A stretch of 59,316 nucleotides of DNA, filler included, from Sphacelaria rigidula (GCA_964200075.2; 6 parts of 6 records of this genome joined end to end with filler, not necessarily neighbours in it), one strand, 5' to 3'. Positions 25,674 through 39,181 are shown, numbered from the whole stretch's first letter. Numbers and translations: made by a program. Notes: a model not told the origin generated them from the letters alone.

Positions 25674-25706
<33 letters not shown>
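25551..25706 (+). repeat. 3' end of a non-LTR retroposon/SINE with an (AATC)7 tail
   Basis: CGAGTGTTCCAGTTTTGTCGTGTCTCGGGTG...GGATCCCTGGGGGGTCAGTTAGAATGCACC(AATC)n. Three copies occur in two contigs. Confidence 0.7.
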
Positions 25707-25707
<1 letters not shown>

Positions 25708-28700
25708 TAAAAATACTTTCCAAGACGGAACGCGGGATCGCGTACACCGTAGAGGAAGCACTCTGTCATCTACTAGATTGTGACTTTTCCACGTTTTGAT
25801 CAGAAGTTCACGGGCTTCTGCCGTCGGAAAACGCCGAACACAATTCTGGCAGTGACAATGGCGTGCGGCATCAAAGCACGATTAATTACTTCGCGGGGGT
25901 GGGAGGGGGGGCGGGGGAGGAAATTCATTGATCGGGACAGTTTCGACTACTGTATGAATGCTGCCTAGGTCAGCCGTATTTTTACTTGAAGTTGGTGTGG
26001 CCATGCTTGCAAGAAAAGTGTCAATAACAGCTTTTACCAGAATAAAAATCCCCATCGGGAACGACGCAGAATGAAGCACGGTTTCGTGCCACCTCTGCGT
26101 CGTGATGCAGTTCTTCACGGCAGATGTTTAGGAATGGCGAAGTGTTACTCGTGAGAAGCCATGTCAGAGTGCCTACTACTAAGGACGGCAATACGAACGT
26201 GAAATACGATCCCAAAATCGATCACCAGAAAAGTCTCACGAGATCCCTGTTGCAACACGACGCTGCAAGTTGTGAATATGGTTTCCAGACATGATTGAGC
26301 TAGGCTATAGAGTGTCATTCCCAACTAATTCCAGGCCCCGACCTCGCGAGATGGAGGTAACAACCACCTCACGCTACATAGCACTCATTTATCTTCGTCA
26401 TCCCGTCCGAAACATGCCACAGCCGGGGATTCGAGGACATGTAAATCGACGAGCTTCGGAGCCGGAGAATCCCTGGGAGAGGTAGAGGCGGTAGGGGGGG
26501 ATCACGACGCCCACCGAGACACAGGACAAGGGGGGCCAACAACTCTATCCTCCGGGAAACATGCAGCGGCTGCAGCGCCTAGTATGTTGGCGCCATCATG
26601 CGCTTCCGTTGATGCGTTGTTGACATTCGGGGTGTGGCGAAGGGACCTAGCGACCACTGGAGAGCTGGGCGACAAACAAAAGGAAGGCGACCCGACGGAA
26701 AGGCCGCGAGCTGCAGAATGTCGACTTCATCGGCGTAGGGGCAAACCACACGAGAGTTCCCGACATCGAATTGGCCAGCAATAGCTGCCAACGGAGTCCC
26801 CACCACCTCGCGGGAAGGCGAGGGAGCTGCCGGCGGCAGACCCCGCGGCGGTAAAAAGCTCAACTCCGTCTTCCTAAGCGAAGAAAAGACGGCCCCGGCA
26901 AACTCCAGAATGAAAACACCCCAACACGCTCGAGTAGTATAGGTGTAGACGGAAGAAAAGTGCGAGTACTACCCGGAGGTCGGGAGCGAATGGAGACATG
27001 GCCCGAGCAAGAGAAGGATGTGCTGCAGCATAGGAATCGGAGGAAGGCAAATCAGGTCGAGACTTTAACCTCTCCCAGAGTAGCACTGATACCCACATCC
27101 ACGGACAACGCACGGAAAGGGCCCGCTGGAGAGCCACCGAGAGGGTTTTCAACACACGCACGATACGGTAACAAGCGACGAGGTTCACCGTGATTCTCAA
27201 AACCACCGGAAGGCCAGACGCCATCACCCGGGGGAGGTCCTGGTGAAAGTTCGGAGCGCGGTGAAACTGGAAGAGTACCGACTCGACCCAGTATTTCACC
27301 GGACCGTCCCCCAAAGCGCGCCAGCTGTCGGAGGGAGCAGTCTGCGCCAGCAGAGTCCAGCTCAGCGAGTGGGAGCAAGAGACGCGGACGATCTAGACGG
27401 AGTCGTGGCCGCCATGTGTGTGACATCGCATTCCCTCTTGTCAATGGCGCATGCTGCAGTTGCTCGTCTTGTGGCCGTACGCATACCATACCATCGACCG
27501 TGGAAGCGCGGCGTAGCGTCATCTCGGTGCGGCGCGCGTGGCGGAGGCGTGCCAACTTTTCGATTCATGCTCGTGTGCGGATGATCTCAACCTTCGCCCA
27601 CCAGCACTGCTTCAGGATTACCAAACCACCTTAGGCTGCTAATGCAGCCGGGAGGGTCCTTTTTGCGCCACTTCAAGCGACATAAACGGATCACTGACAA
27701 GACGAAACCCCCCTCGGCAGTTCGCGTTTTGCCACATCTCCCAATGCGGGCCTTATGCCAAACCCTACACCTACCAGCCGGAGCTCGTTGGAGAAGTACG
27801 CCTCGAGGTGATTGCTGAGCTGAAGGCGGGGCGATATGCGACAATGGGGGATGTCTACTCATGACTCGAGAAGCGCCGGTGAGGGCAGACACCCGGGTTG
27901 TCCCCGACAGTCGCACCAGGGCGCAAGTAGACGACACTGCAAAAACGGTGGTAAGATGCGTCGCAGCCAACGCAACGGGTGACAAAAGTGAGCAGGGTGA
28001 GATGTCCACAGGCGACGGTCGGCGGACGTTCAGATGTCTCCGGCCGTAAATCGTGCCGCCAGAGGTAGCCATCACAGTTGACTTGGTCCTTCGCAATATA
28101 CGTGCGAAAATGCAATAACTGAACGCTTTGGCCTCCCACCTTCACGCCCGGCTCGCGGGTCCCCGGTAAAGAAACGGGCAGTGGTCATAGCGGCTGGGTC
28201 TATCGGTAGGACGGATATCCAACGTACATCTATACTGTGTAGGAAAAGGGAGCTGAAAAATACACTGCAGACGTGCAGAGGAAGGTCCAACCCACAGCCA
28301 TTCCCCAACGCACTATAAACCGCTTTGACGTTATTGGAGCGTTTGTGTCATTTGGCTGTGCCGGGCGATGACGCCGACTTAGATTTTGCGGCGGCAGAGG
28401 ACGCGACGAGAGCGACCGGGGTGTCGGTAGATGCGCCTGCGACCCCCGCGGCGACCGCTGTTGATATACAGGCGGGGCAGGGTGGGGAGGCTGGAGTGAT
28501 GGACGCCGGTAAGGGCTCGGGTTGTGGTGCGGCATAACAGGCAAAGGATGGACAAGGCGATGGGGTGCGGGCCACGTCCCGCACCATCGCACCTCCGAAC
28601 AGCTCGACGATGGGGGAAAAGGCCTCAAGACAGACTGACAATAAGAGGAAGAGGCGGCTTGGAAGTCTTGACACGTTGGTGCAAAACCCCATCACGACCA

Positions 28701-29442
28701 TGTAGAGCGGGAATCTAGAGCAATGCACCAGCTCAAGCTGACGCAAGAAATTCATCTCCTCACCGCCCACTCAACCTACATTACAGAGCCCATGCGATAC
28801 AAGCGCGAAAAACATTTCATGAGGCTCGGAAAAGACAAGTTGCTCTTGTCCCTTGCGCTTAGCGCAGTCGCGATTCCTTGAGACAACTGCGATTTTGAGG
28901 CCACGACGGCTGCTACTGGGAGTGGGGTGCACGTATGTGCATTGCCGCGAGCTGCGTGGCTGTAAAAGCCTCGCCTGATATCGTCAGGTACAGAGGAATA
29001 CTGGAGGCTCGGAGAGCTAGTTGCTGTGGATATCACAACGGGACATGGCTGGTACCGGAACGGGGAGCCATGGGTGCGTTACCTCTTCGCATTCGACGAA
29101 GCAGAATTCCGGTTGGCAGTGGCAACGGTTGAGGTCAAAGGTGGTGTGATCAACGCGTGCTTGGAAATTCAAGTGCACCACGTGAAATAGGTTGTCTCTT
29201 GTCGTTTCCATTTGGTCCGGTAGTTCACGCAAACATGTCCACAGAATGTCCTCACCTCCGGAATTCACGAGAGCATTCGTGTGGTAGGATGGCCATCTAC
29301 TGTTTCCGCGCAAGTACGCCTTCCTTGTCTGTATGGCGATGAGTACACGTGAATCCTCGCGCTGTCCACACACGTACTTCAGCGTTTGTAGACGACGGCT
29401 GCTCTATCTGTGTCCACGATAAGGGAACTGTGTCCGACACAT

Positions 29443-29609
29443 GAGTCATCCGCCCCCCCCTGCTCGTCTCGAAAGGGATGCATGGTCAACGACCAAACGG
29501 CTAGGGCAAGCAACAAATGAGTACGCCCCCCCGAGTACGCCCCCCCCCCCCCCCCGCCCCCCCCCCCCCCCCCCCCCGCCCCGATACACCCCCCCGCCCC
29601 GGCCCCCCG
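29443..29609. repeat. GAGTCATC-family element running into poly-C at a contig break
   Basis: GAGTCATCCG(C)n...CTAGGGCAAGCAACAAATGAGTACG(C)n. Confidence 0.7.
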
Positions 29610-29709
29610 NNNNNNNNNNNNNNNNNNNNNNNNNNNNNNNNNNNNNNNNNNNNTTAATTAATTAANNNNNNNNNNNNNNNNNNNNNNNNNNNNNNNNNNN
29701 NNNNNNNNN
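29610..29709. other. Artificial contig linker
   Basis: 44N-TTAATTAATTAA-44N. Confidence 0.99.
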
Positions 29710-30269
29710 AAGCACGGCTTTTGAGTTGAACCTCATTTTTTTTTCAACCCCATTTTCGAAAATCGGCTGTTTGTTGGTGCATTCTTCGGTGGCCTTCCGC
29801 CGTGAGACTGGTTATTGTCGGTATTTTCTTTTCCCATATTTTTTGCTCTGTCAGCGCTTGGAATATTGAGGCGTCTGGACCGGGGACTGGAGGGGAGGAT
29901 TTCTAACGGGTGAAAAATACCACACCCTCAGGAGCGATTTTCAAACTTCGATAACTTTCTCTCGACGAGATGGTTACAACGCCGCCCAGTTCAGCCCTGG
30001 TATCGCTTCTGGGGAGGAGTAAGTGAGCTTTGAAAATCTGTCTCGGAGACGTGGTATCTTATGCGACCTATAATAGTGCGTGAGGGTGTCAGTGGGATGG
30101 TGTACTGCTCGGTCTTGTACATTGCGGCCATACCAAAACAGCCGTATCGTACGTCGAATATCGATACTCAATACGTATCGTGTCATTTCCGGAATATTGA
30201 CAAAAATATCCAAGGTTGTGTTCTGTCGGGGGTACGGTTTCCTGTCTGCAATCCGAAGCCCGAAACTTT

Positions 30270-30515
30270 GTCTACAGCACCACGGTGCTGTGGATTTCAA
30301 GCCACCTCTTCCCCTGGGAGACAGTGCCGTGAGGGTCGAGACGCACCGCTACACCAAGATAGCGATGAAGCACTCAGGGGAAGGGCTGCATATCGGATCG
30401 AGAACAGGCCGACAAGTCGATCGCGGACAACCGGCAATGGGCGACTGACACACGGGGCTTCGACCTTAACAGCCATCGTATGATGCTGAAAGTGTCGGGC
30501 TTCGGGACTTCTGTG
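30270..30515 (+). repeat. Repeat unit with a circularly permuted inverted copy at ~31598-31808
   Basis: Block A (CTACAGCAC...GCCGTGAGGGT...ATGAAGCACTC) and block B (ACAGG...GTCGATCGC...CTTCGACCT...TCGGGCTTCGGGACTTC) occur as A-B here and as B-A on the minus strand at 31598-31808. Confidence 0.8.
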
Positions 30516-32141
30516 CACAACAACAGACAGTACGAGTACAGCCTGTCTCTACCGTACACAAGGGACCTACAACAGTAGGACCGTTTCACGAATTTCACCG
30601 CCTCTTTTCGATCGAAAGACACGCCCTCAACCAGTCTTCTGTTGAATCGGCATCCATTTCAAGTGAAAACAAGTATGCATGATCCAGAAAAGCTAATCTC
30701 GCGGTCTAAGGGTTAACAGCAGTGAAGTTCTTACGCTGGCTTTAATCCCATCAACGCATGGGTCAGAGATACACACAAAACGCACAGCTCCCAACAGAGA
30801 GATGCACACAACTTCATCTCTCAGAACTTCGCTGAGTGAGCAAGCATGCGCCCATCGGCGGGTAGTACGGACCAGCGCTTCGCGCTTCCCAGCATGGTGG
30901 CAATCACGCGCACGGTGCGTGGCCGTCGTGGCACGGTCGAAACGCGGACAATCTCTCTACTGAGGAAGGGCAGCGACGGCAGCAGCACTATCGGCACCGG
31001 CTTATTCAGCCCCACCCCCAACCGTACACATCTGCTGGCAGTAAAATGTTGCTGCTGTTGCTGCTGCACGCTTTTGCTTCTCCTCCTTCCCATGCGGGAG
31101 GCGATCCGCGCTTCGACCTGCGACAATGCCCATAAACCCTTGCGCGTGATTGCAGCCCTGCTTGAGCTGGTCTGTCTGCGTGTTGTGACCGTCACTACAT
31201 CATCAGTGCGTGTCACTCCTCTTCCCTCTGGAATGGAACCGCGCGTGACTCCTCGTGATCATCAACAAGTTGTGTGCCGTCACCTCACCATCACTCTCAC
31301 GAAATGACTCCCATTTTCCTCGACAGTACCGTCTGTACCGTCGGTGGGAACGTGTCGAGTCTCTTCTCAAGTGTTCGTTGATAATCATCTCCCTAACGTT
31401 CACAGCCTGTACGACCGCTTCACGACAGGATGATGCCCACTATTTGCAGTCAAGTCACAAGCGGTTCTGTGAGTTATTTCTGCGCCAACACCGGTAAAAT
31501 CGTGGAGTGCATGCATACAAGCATCATATGCCCATCCAAAGAAAGACAACAGGAGGGAGTAGCTGCCATCTTTGACTCACCGGGATCAACACCGAGTGCT
31601 TCATGGCGGTTTTGATGCAGCGGTGCATCTCCACCCTCACGGCGCTGGCTTCTGCGGAAGAAGGTGACTCGAACTTCACAGCTCCGTAGTGCTGTAGGGA
31701 AGTCCCGAAGCCCGAAACTTTGAGCATCATAGCATGACTCCTGAGGTCGAAGCCTGGTATGTCGGTCGCCCATCGCCAGTTGTCGGCGATCGACGTGTCC
31801 GCCTGTCACGTTTTTCACATGTTGCGTTTCTGTGAAGGACGGGTAAGGCTATACTGACTGTTCTGTTGTACCGATGTGAGGCGACCGAGGAGGGACACCA
31901 AATATCAAATATCAAACATCGATTCTGAACCCCTGTGCCATTCTGTACACAATACATGGTTGCCTTACCCCTTGACGGAAAAATGGTTTGGAAAGTTTAC
32001 TTGAGTACAAAATACTGTAGTAGTCCCTTCCCATCCCTCTCATCCATGCACAATAAGTGTGCCGCTTCTTCCGAGGGAAACGATAGATACCAATTCGGAT
32101 AGTTTTTTCCCTCGGTTGGGCAAAGTCAGCTTGAAACATTT

Positions 32142-32346
32142 CAAGGGCAGGTCGAGTAGAGTTTACTCAATTGCGGGGTATTTTGAAAGTCGTACTTGAA
32201 GTACACAAATTGGGGGTAGGGTTTCAGGGATCGCTTTCCAGTTATATTTTGGGTACGACTCCCGCCACTCTACCCTCCTTTGAGTACCCCAAGTACGTCT
32301 TTCAAAATACCCCGCAATTGAGTATACTTTACTCGACCTACCCTTG
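32142..32346. mobile_element. hAT-type MITE (205 bp)
   Basis: ~60-bp TIRs starting CAAGGG(C/T)AGGTCGAGTA and a perfect 8-bp TSD AAACATTT at 32134-32141 and 32347-32354. Confidence 0.9.
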
Positions 32347-32575
32347 AAACATTTTCTATTTCTCAAAGACTACAGTACAAAAAAAAAGTCTTCCCGGCGT
32401 GGAACATCCCTGAACACAAGGATATATGTGGATCTACCGTGTGCCGTACGGTACAACAGTCCGCACTGCATCTTTTGGGGTCCCTTCGGCGCTCCAGTCA
32501 CGGTGCATCTCTCCTCCAAGTCTAAATCCTTAACCTACAATCAATCGATACCTGAATCGTGAGCACCCTCCTTAC

Positions 32576-32658
32576 CCTCGCGAAGCCAATTCCACTGTCT
32601 TCCATCTCTCCCGCGGCGTGGTCAAAAGCATCGATGACGGCGCGTGTGCTTGGATCGT
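32576..32658 (-). CDS. Candidate internal exon
   Basis: Strong pyrimidine tract + tag acceptor and AGG|gtaagg donor, with open frame DPSTRAVIDAFDHAAGEMEDSGIGFAR. Confidence 0.45.
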
Positions 32659-33772
32659 CTACAGACAGGAGCAAGAGAACAAAATGACCGTTTCGCGCGA
32701 ATGCACACAATGCGTGCATGATCAGAGATCAGACCTGGTCGAGCAGAAAACAATCGAACCAGCTTGCGCCCCGAAACGAGTGTTGTTCGAGGATTGCGCA
32801 AGATTCGTGGGCAGTTTAGGTATCTACACTCAAGGTTTGCGGTTCATTGAAACACGTCATCGCCGTTGTTGTGGCCAGCTGGATCGGCATCATATCAATT
32901 GAAGAATATATTTGAGTTGATAGCCCGGTCGCCCTCTCTGGGGATCAAATGGTTAACGGTACAGCAACTTACTACGAGTAGTACGAAACAGCGAAGTGCA
33001 CAAAGTTTCACTGTACCGCATATACGGTGCAGTACTGTGGCGCAACAGACAGTATCGCCGTGCGAGTAATAGGGCGTAGACAGGAAGTACTGCAACAACG
33101 AGCGGGGCTCACGAGAGTTCGTCACCAAATTCTTATCTTGTTGGCATATCCTGGTATATCTTGCATTTTTCGATCGCCATCATCATTTCCCAACCGTAAC
33201 CCCAATCAACTCGGCCGAATCCTAATTCAAGGCAAGGAAAATCCCTAGGGCAAGCATAGAGGGTGAACAGGGTGTAGGCAACGTGTGCGCTGGCAAAGTT
33301 TACAAACGTCGATTGAAAGACAAAATTGTTCTGCACATGCTGGAAGCACTTTCAGGGAGTACTTGCGATTGTCAGTCCTCTCAAGATTTGAATCTGTCAC
33401 GGTCAGTCATATAAACCCTCATAAAATCGGGTATGCAGACAAGAGTCACAACAGTAGTTGTAGAACAAGTATTTAGCATCTTCCGACCGTGAATTTTTGG
33501 AGACAGGCTCGTGATACGGCCGTAGAAATTGGTTCAAGACGATACTCGTGCACATAACAGATATACACAGTACAGTTCTGTATTATAATACCATCCTGCA
33601 GTCAGTACAGCACAGCACAGTACAGTTACAGCACAGTACAGTACAGTACGCACCACGTACAGAGCAGAAGGATTTTTACTTTCGGCGTGTGCGATCAAGT
33701 GTCACTCGAGGATTTCCCCGTATCATGATTCACCCACCTCCGCGAACGATTTGCAACAGTATTACACTGTAC

Positions 33773-33908
33773 TTGGGATGGGTGGCGTGGCGTAACATAA
33801 ACCCCGTGGCCTCCATAACCATCCCCGGCTTCTCGTCCGTTCCAAGGCAAACCCCGTAGTTGGTCACAGGATTGCACGATGCACGGTCGCCCGTAGCAAT
33901 GATATGAC
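33773..33908 (-). CDS. Candidate internal exon, possibly of the same gene as 35103-35382
   Basis: ttctag| ... |gtacag with open frame HIIATGDRASCNPVTNYGVCLGTDEKPGMVMEATGFMLRHATHP. No family is recognised with confidence. Confidence 0.35.
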
Positions 33909-35102
33909 CTAGAACGGACAACACGTCAGCATTGCAAGTCAATACTCGTACTGTACTCAAATGAAGTTTTCCATGGAACTCCCTGCACTGCTGCAAAAAC
34001 AGTATATGACTTGAGATCATGCTTGATCGGGGAGAGACGATGGATACTGCTGCCTTCGGGACAATCAAGCCAGGTTGGAACAGTTGTTCACAAGGTTACT
34101 GGGGGGGGGGGGTGGATGGGGAGGGAGACGAGTTTGCGATGTCTGACATCATAAAGATCCACACTACTCGAATAACGATCAGTAATCTGATGGCCCGATT
34201 CAAGATACTCTCGATAAAAAGAGGCGATCCTGAACAATGAGATCGAAATTTTCTACACAGTATGAGCCGATCGCGCCCCACGGTGGCTCAGTTGGTTTCC
34301 TCGAAACCTCCTGATGCTGGATGGTTTGGTCGTGTGCTCGAATCTCGGTACGGTCACACGATCCGGCATTACTCCTTGCCCACTGCCTAGAAATGGAGAG
34401 TGACCATGTCGTGGGTATGCAAAAGTCGAGTTTACGGTCGGCGAGGGAAAAGGATTATTTACTGAACCTCGCGACAAAAAATCAGGCAAGCACCACAGAA
34501 GACAGGTGGAGTACTAAACCAAAGACAAGAGACAAAACTCCTGTGGTGACCCCGGCTGATGCGCCCACATATACCGAAAGGTGTAGACTGGCGTCCAGAC
34601 TAGAGGGGACGACAACACACACACGAGGAAGAACTGAGGTCTAAACTGTATACTTCGAAGTATAGTATTTTACCCAGTGCCCGTGAAACTTGCCTCGAAA
34701 GACAACCGTTGGCGGATATTAGGTTCTTCATCACACATAATTTAGACCTCTGTTCGTTTCCATAGGACAAACTATTTTCCCGTTTCAGGATCGCCAGTTC
34801 GATCTTACTCGCTCTCCATCATACTCAACACCCACCACCTCCGCCTCTCAAGATTACTCGGAAAAACGACGCGCGATTGCATATACATCATCATGCCTCG
34901 CTGAAATAAACGTGCGTTACTCGGAACATATCCGAGTTCCAGGCTAGGTACACTACAGCCTTCCGTTTGAGAACGCAACAGCAAACAAAAAGCAAGTGCT
35001 TACACTACCTAGTGACTTTTCGGTTTTGTAGCACTCGGTTACACCCGAGAAGCGGGAGACATACCACCGCCACCTACTACATGCATGTACTCTCTCACGC
35101 AC

Positions 35103-35382
35103 CCTCAAGCGGCCGCGTTGTACGCCCAAGGTGGTGCTGGTCAACGCCGTAGGTTGTGAATGGCTCCCCCTTGATCGATTCATCCATAACAAAGTAGACC
35201 TCCTCAGGTTGATGCCTGTTATGTCCATCAGAATCCCCGGTTACTCGTTCGCCGTCGCCCTCCTGCCCATCCGCACTGTCATTGGTGCCTAGTCCCCCTT
35301 CTTGTGCGAAAGCAACCTTCCTAAAAGCACCGAGGGCGAAAAACGCGGCACCGCAGCACACCAGATGTTGGAGTACCCTCAT
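35103..35382 (-). CDS. Probable first exon of a secreted/endomembrane protein of unknown function
   Basis: cacaATG context, N-terminal signal-peptide-like MRVLQHLVCCGAAFFALGAFRKVAFA-Q, acidic Gly-rich linker and donor G|gtgcgt. Confidence 0.5.
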
Positions 35383-37818
35383 TGTGGTGTGGGTTGGCCC
35401 TCGCTATTTCCCCCCACTTTCCCGAATGACGCAGTTATTCTTATGTTACCAAGATGTCAAGTGGCGGGCGGGAACCGAGTTCATGGATACGGGTCGATAT
35501 GAAATAATTAAACTCAAATCAGCTATTTTTCGTTGTTATCCATGATTCTCGGACGGATTTAACCCGGGATTTCTGTGTTGGTGTACACACATGCGCTACT
35601 CAAGCCCCGTGTACCGCAGCGAGGTCAACAAGGTTGAATTGTTCGGGGGGGGGGCTTATGTCGAGGCCCGGTCTGGGCTTCATTTCCCTCCACCAGCTGG
35701 CTACAGCCCAGAACAGTACAGTATATCGATGATATTTTCACAAGCACCATGTCACCATGAAGCAAGCTTACGGTGCACCTTGGAAGGGGGGCGGTGCTCT
35801 AGCACACGGGGTCGCACACGCGAGAGATATACATGTTTACGTTAGCTGTCCTACGTCCGGTGTGTATAGTGCTTGGTTGTCTTTTCCGTTGCGCCTCTGA
35901 ACAAATAGTTTCTGGCGCGGTACCGACTTATCTTTACCGCAAGATCCGCCAACCCTGACGAGGCCGTGGGCATCGCGTGAGTACTGTCTGTGCGGCACCG
36001 ATCAACACGAGCCATCAAGAACAAAAGCGCGACGGCCAACAATAGGGAGCCAACAGCATTGATGCGGATATAGTCCCTTTTTCGGGGATGTTCCGTCCGA
36101 GAGCATGAAACAGCGCACAATGACGACGATAGCACCGTCTTATCTCATGCTCGGCCCGTATCCAAAGCCGTGGAGGGTACAGGGCGAGGAGGAGCAAGTT
36201 GAGCGCAAATGGAGACTGCGACGTCAAGCCCGGCAACCGCAACCATACCGCCGGCACAACGATGCTCATAGCGAACGTTTGGTACACCAACTCTTATACA
36301 GAAAGACAAAACACTCCTTGTGAGGCCTTTATTGTCCTGGACATCATCTCTCCACAGCACGGTCCTGTAATGCGGCAACGGGCGGCAGAAGACCGGTGAA
36401 CACAAGTGTGACGGTGTTCATACTAAGATCAAGTTTGCGTTATGAAATCGTTATGAAACGTAGGCGGAGTGGCAATAATGTAAATTAAATTACTCGATAT
36501 TGTTGCATTCGTTATGAAATTCGGTCCGTACCCATGGACGCAGCGATTGCTCAATCGAAGCTGTTTTGATATTTTCATTGTCGCACATTGGTCCGACATC
36601 TCGAGCCCATCGTCACAGACGTACGCTTGCCGTCAAATACGGTGCAAGTGTACTTATTTACAACTGCTGCGTGCCATACGAGTCTGGATTCCGATAGCCG
36701 AATTTTTGGGGGCCTTGGTGAGAAAAAAATATTACGAGGGTAGAGGATCAAAACGGTGTACATGTAGTACACTACTTCTCGATTTATAGCACCAGTAGGC
36801 GAAGAAATGCAACCATGAATTAACAGCGGATCCTGAAAAATGGGGTTCATCACAAAAATTGGGTCAAAATGTATTTGGAGTTTGGACGATTCAGCCGAAA
36901 CACTTCTGTCAGGGAAAGCGCTTTCGCTTGTCTTCGAGTGCCAAGTAGTTTTGAAAGCTGGCGTGGCTACGCGGACGCGTGTCGCCGACGACGGCATCGA
37001 AGTACCCATGACCGACGAGAAGGTCCTCGCTCGCGTCCTTCCTGTGTTCCTTCATGAACACAGTAGTCTAATCGCTGCCGTATCGCTTCGGTGACCGCAC
37101 GGCATGGTGCGTGGCAGCTAATATGGGTGTACATCTGTGTGCGTTGTGTGCGGTATCTGGCATCGACTACTAATAATGTGGGGACGTCACACGGAAGGAA
37201 GCCTTCCACACGATCAACTGCGACTGTCAACTTGCACGTGATACACAGCGACTACTTGGGCGATTGTGTCCCGCTTCATCGGCGGCGCAAGAGCAACGCC
37301 TTCCTTTCCGGATGTGTCTGTAGTTATTTCTTCACCTGCTCTTCTGCCCTGGACAAGGAGCGGGCATGGCCAACAATCGGAGTGGATCAACAGAAGTGAA
37401 ACATGGAAACGCCTGTGGCAACGACGAACAAAAAAGGTCCAGAACACGCCTCAACACTCTTGCCTGTCCCCTCCGTGCCCTAGTCGCTTAACCGCCACAT
37501 GTCTTGCCGCCTGCAATGAAGGACCAACCAACCACCGGCGTCTACTTTATGAAGGAGGAACCAGAATAACACCAACGCATGCCCGATGATGCACTCGTGT
37601 CAACCCGACATCATTCCTAGCCCCAGCCCCAGCAATAACACCACCACCATCTGCTTGACCATCCTTCATCCCGCGCCCGCCGACATCCCGCAACTCTCGC
37701 TGTTGCTCTCACCCCCTTTCAACATCCTCCTACTCGGCAGTCCTTTCTTCGCCGTCGGAGTTTATGTCGCCGCCGACACCATCTACACTATGTTCATCTT
37801 CACTGCCGGAATCGGCGC

Positions 37819-38906
37819 TCACGGACCCCTACTACGGCGACGGGATCGAAAATGTGCAGCTGTCAGACGGACTTCCGGGTCAATATCGTTTTTGGTTCCT
37901 GTCGTCGAATCGCTACCAGCTTCGTGTACGGCTCCTCCCGCAACCCGCTGCACACCCTCCCCCTTGTTCCCGCCGGCACCCGTGGGCACTCCAAACCCTA
38001 TCGTCTCTCGACTGTTGTCCCCGGCTTTGTTTTCTTCATTTTGCTCCCCGTACTCCTCCCGCTCGGCATGTTCGTCACGATCGTTCTCGTTGCTCACTCC
38101 CCTCAATCGCGTACTGTCTTCCTCCACCCCCTCCCTCTCGGGCGCGCGTTCATCTTGATCCTCATCGAGGATATCGCTGTCCCCGCTTCTCGGGACCTCC
38201 TCCCCCGACACCCCCTGCTTTCCCGAGGCCTGTTGGCCCCGTTCTCTGACTCCCCGTCCTCGACATGATCGTGATGACCGGCCGCCTCGAGAACATGCAA
38301 TATTGCATTATGAATGTATTTTCCCGCGCTCAGGCTTTCGCAATATGCAACGACATCCTCGCATGCCATCCAATCCACATCCGGTACCAGTTTCCGTCTC
38401 TTCTTCGTGCCCGAAATAACTCCTTCTCTGAAATCCATGTCGAAGACACCCTTCGCGTACTGAAAAGTAGTATACCTCGACGCGTTTTCCCGCACACGAC
38501 GGTCGGAAGGCGACAACCATTGCACCTCCACTTCGTTGCGATAGACAGCGACACCATCCTCTCCCATCCTGCGCGTACCAATAACTTGACCCGCCAGAAA
38601 AGGGGCATCATTGGCGAGGAAGAAGACGTACTCCCCCTTGGCCAAGGAAGGAATTTCAGGGGGTGAGTGTAGTTGTCCGCCGTCATCTCGCTCGTGTTGG
38701 CACGAATCGACGTCGTCGCGGGTGGGTCCACCTGCTTGAACTCCAGCCCCCGCGTTGTTGTCGCTGCCCAGGAGCGGTCCCGGAGACGGTAACGACCAGT
38801 CGTCGAGTTCCCACATGCAGAGGCCCTCTGCCTCCAGCAGTGTCGCAGAGTGATCCATCTTTGCCTTGATTTCTTCTCGTTTCGCGGGATCTGCACAGCG
38901 TGGCAC
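37819..38906 (-). pseudogene. Intronless, frameshifted ORF fragment, probably the TE-derived C-terminus of a protein
   Basis: The 267-aa ORF has a globular-looking core (GEYVFFLANDAPFLAGQVIG...VEVQWLSP...DVDWMACEDVV). It shifts frame near 38210 into an acidic tail (ORF 37819-38211) ending RLTAAHFRSRRR. No N-terminal part is visible. Confidence 0.5.
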
Positions 38907-39181
38907 GCATGCAGTGATGCGTCGAGGATCCGGATAGAAAACTCATTATACGTCACGATACATCGTTCGTAAGTCACTGTGCTTCCGCACCTCGCGCTCA
39001 GGTGTCACAGGACAAACGGCACGGCGTAATGTTGACACGGCGAGAGGAGGAAAAAGCCTATGTTAAATTTTGGGGTTCAACACTAAAATGGGGCTGAAGA
39101 CGCATTTCTCTATTGCAGGGAAGATACAAAAGAGTAACACAGAGCGAAAGTATCTTCCCCTCCCAAACTCCGCAGGAGGAC

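Noticed and set aside
26570-29400. GC-rich overlapping ORFs as a DIRS/LINE ORF
   Set aside because: The region looks like decayed coding or TE sequence, but no RT, recombinase or endonuclease motif is recognisable.
34552-34580. Hammerhead ribozyme core (CTGATG...CGAAA)
   Set aside because: CTGATGC lacks the conserved A, stem II cannot form, and the second copy has GAGA.
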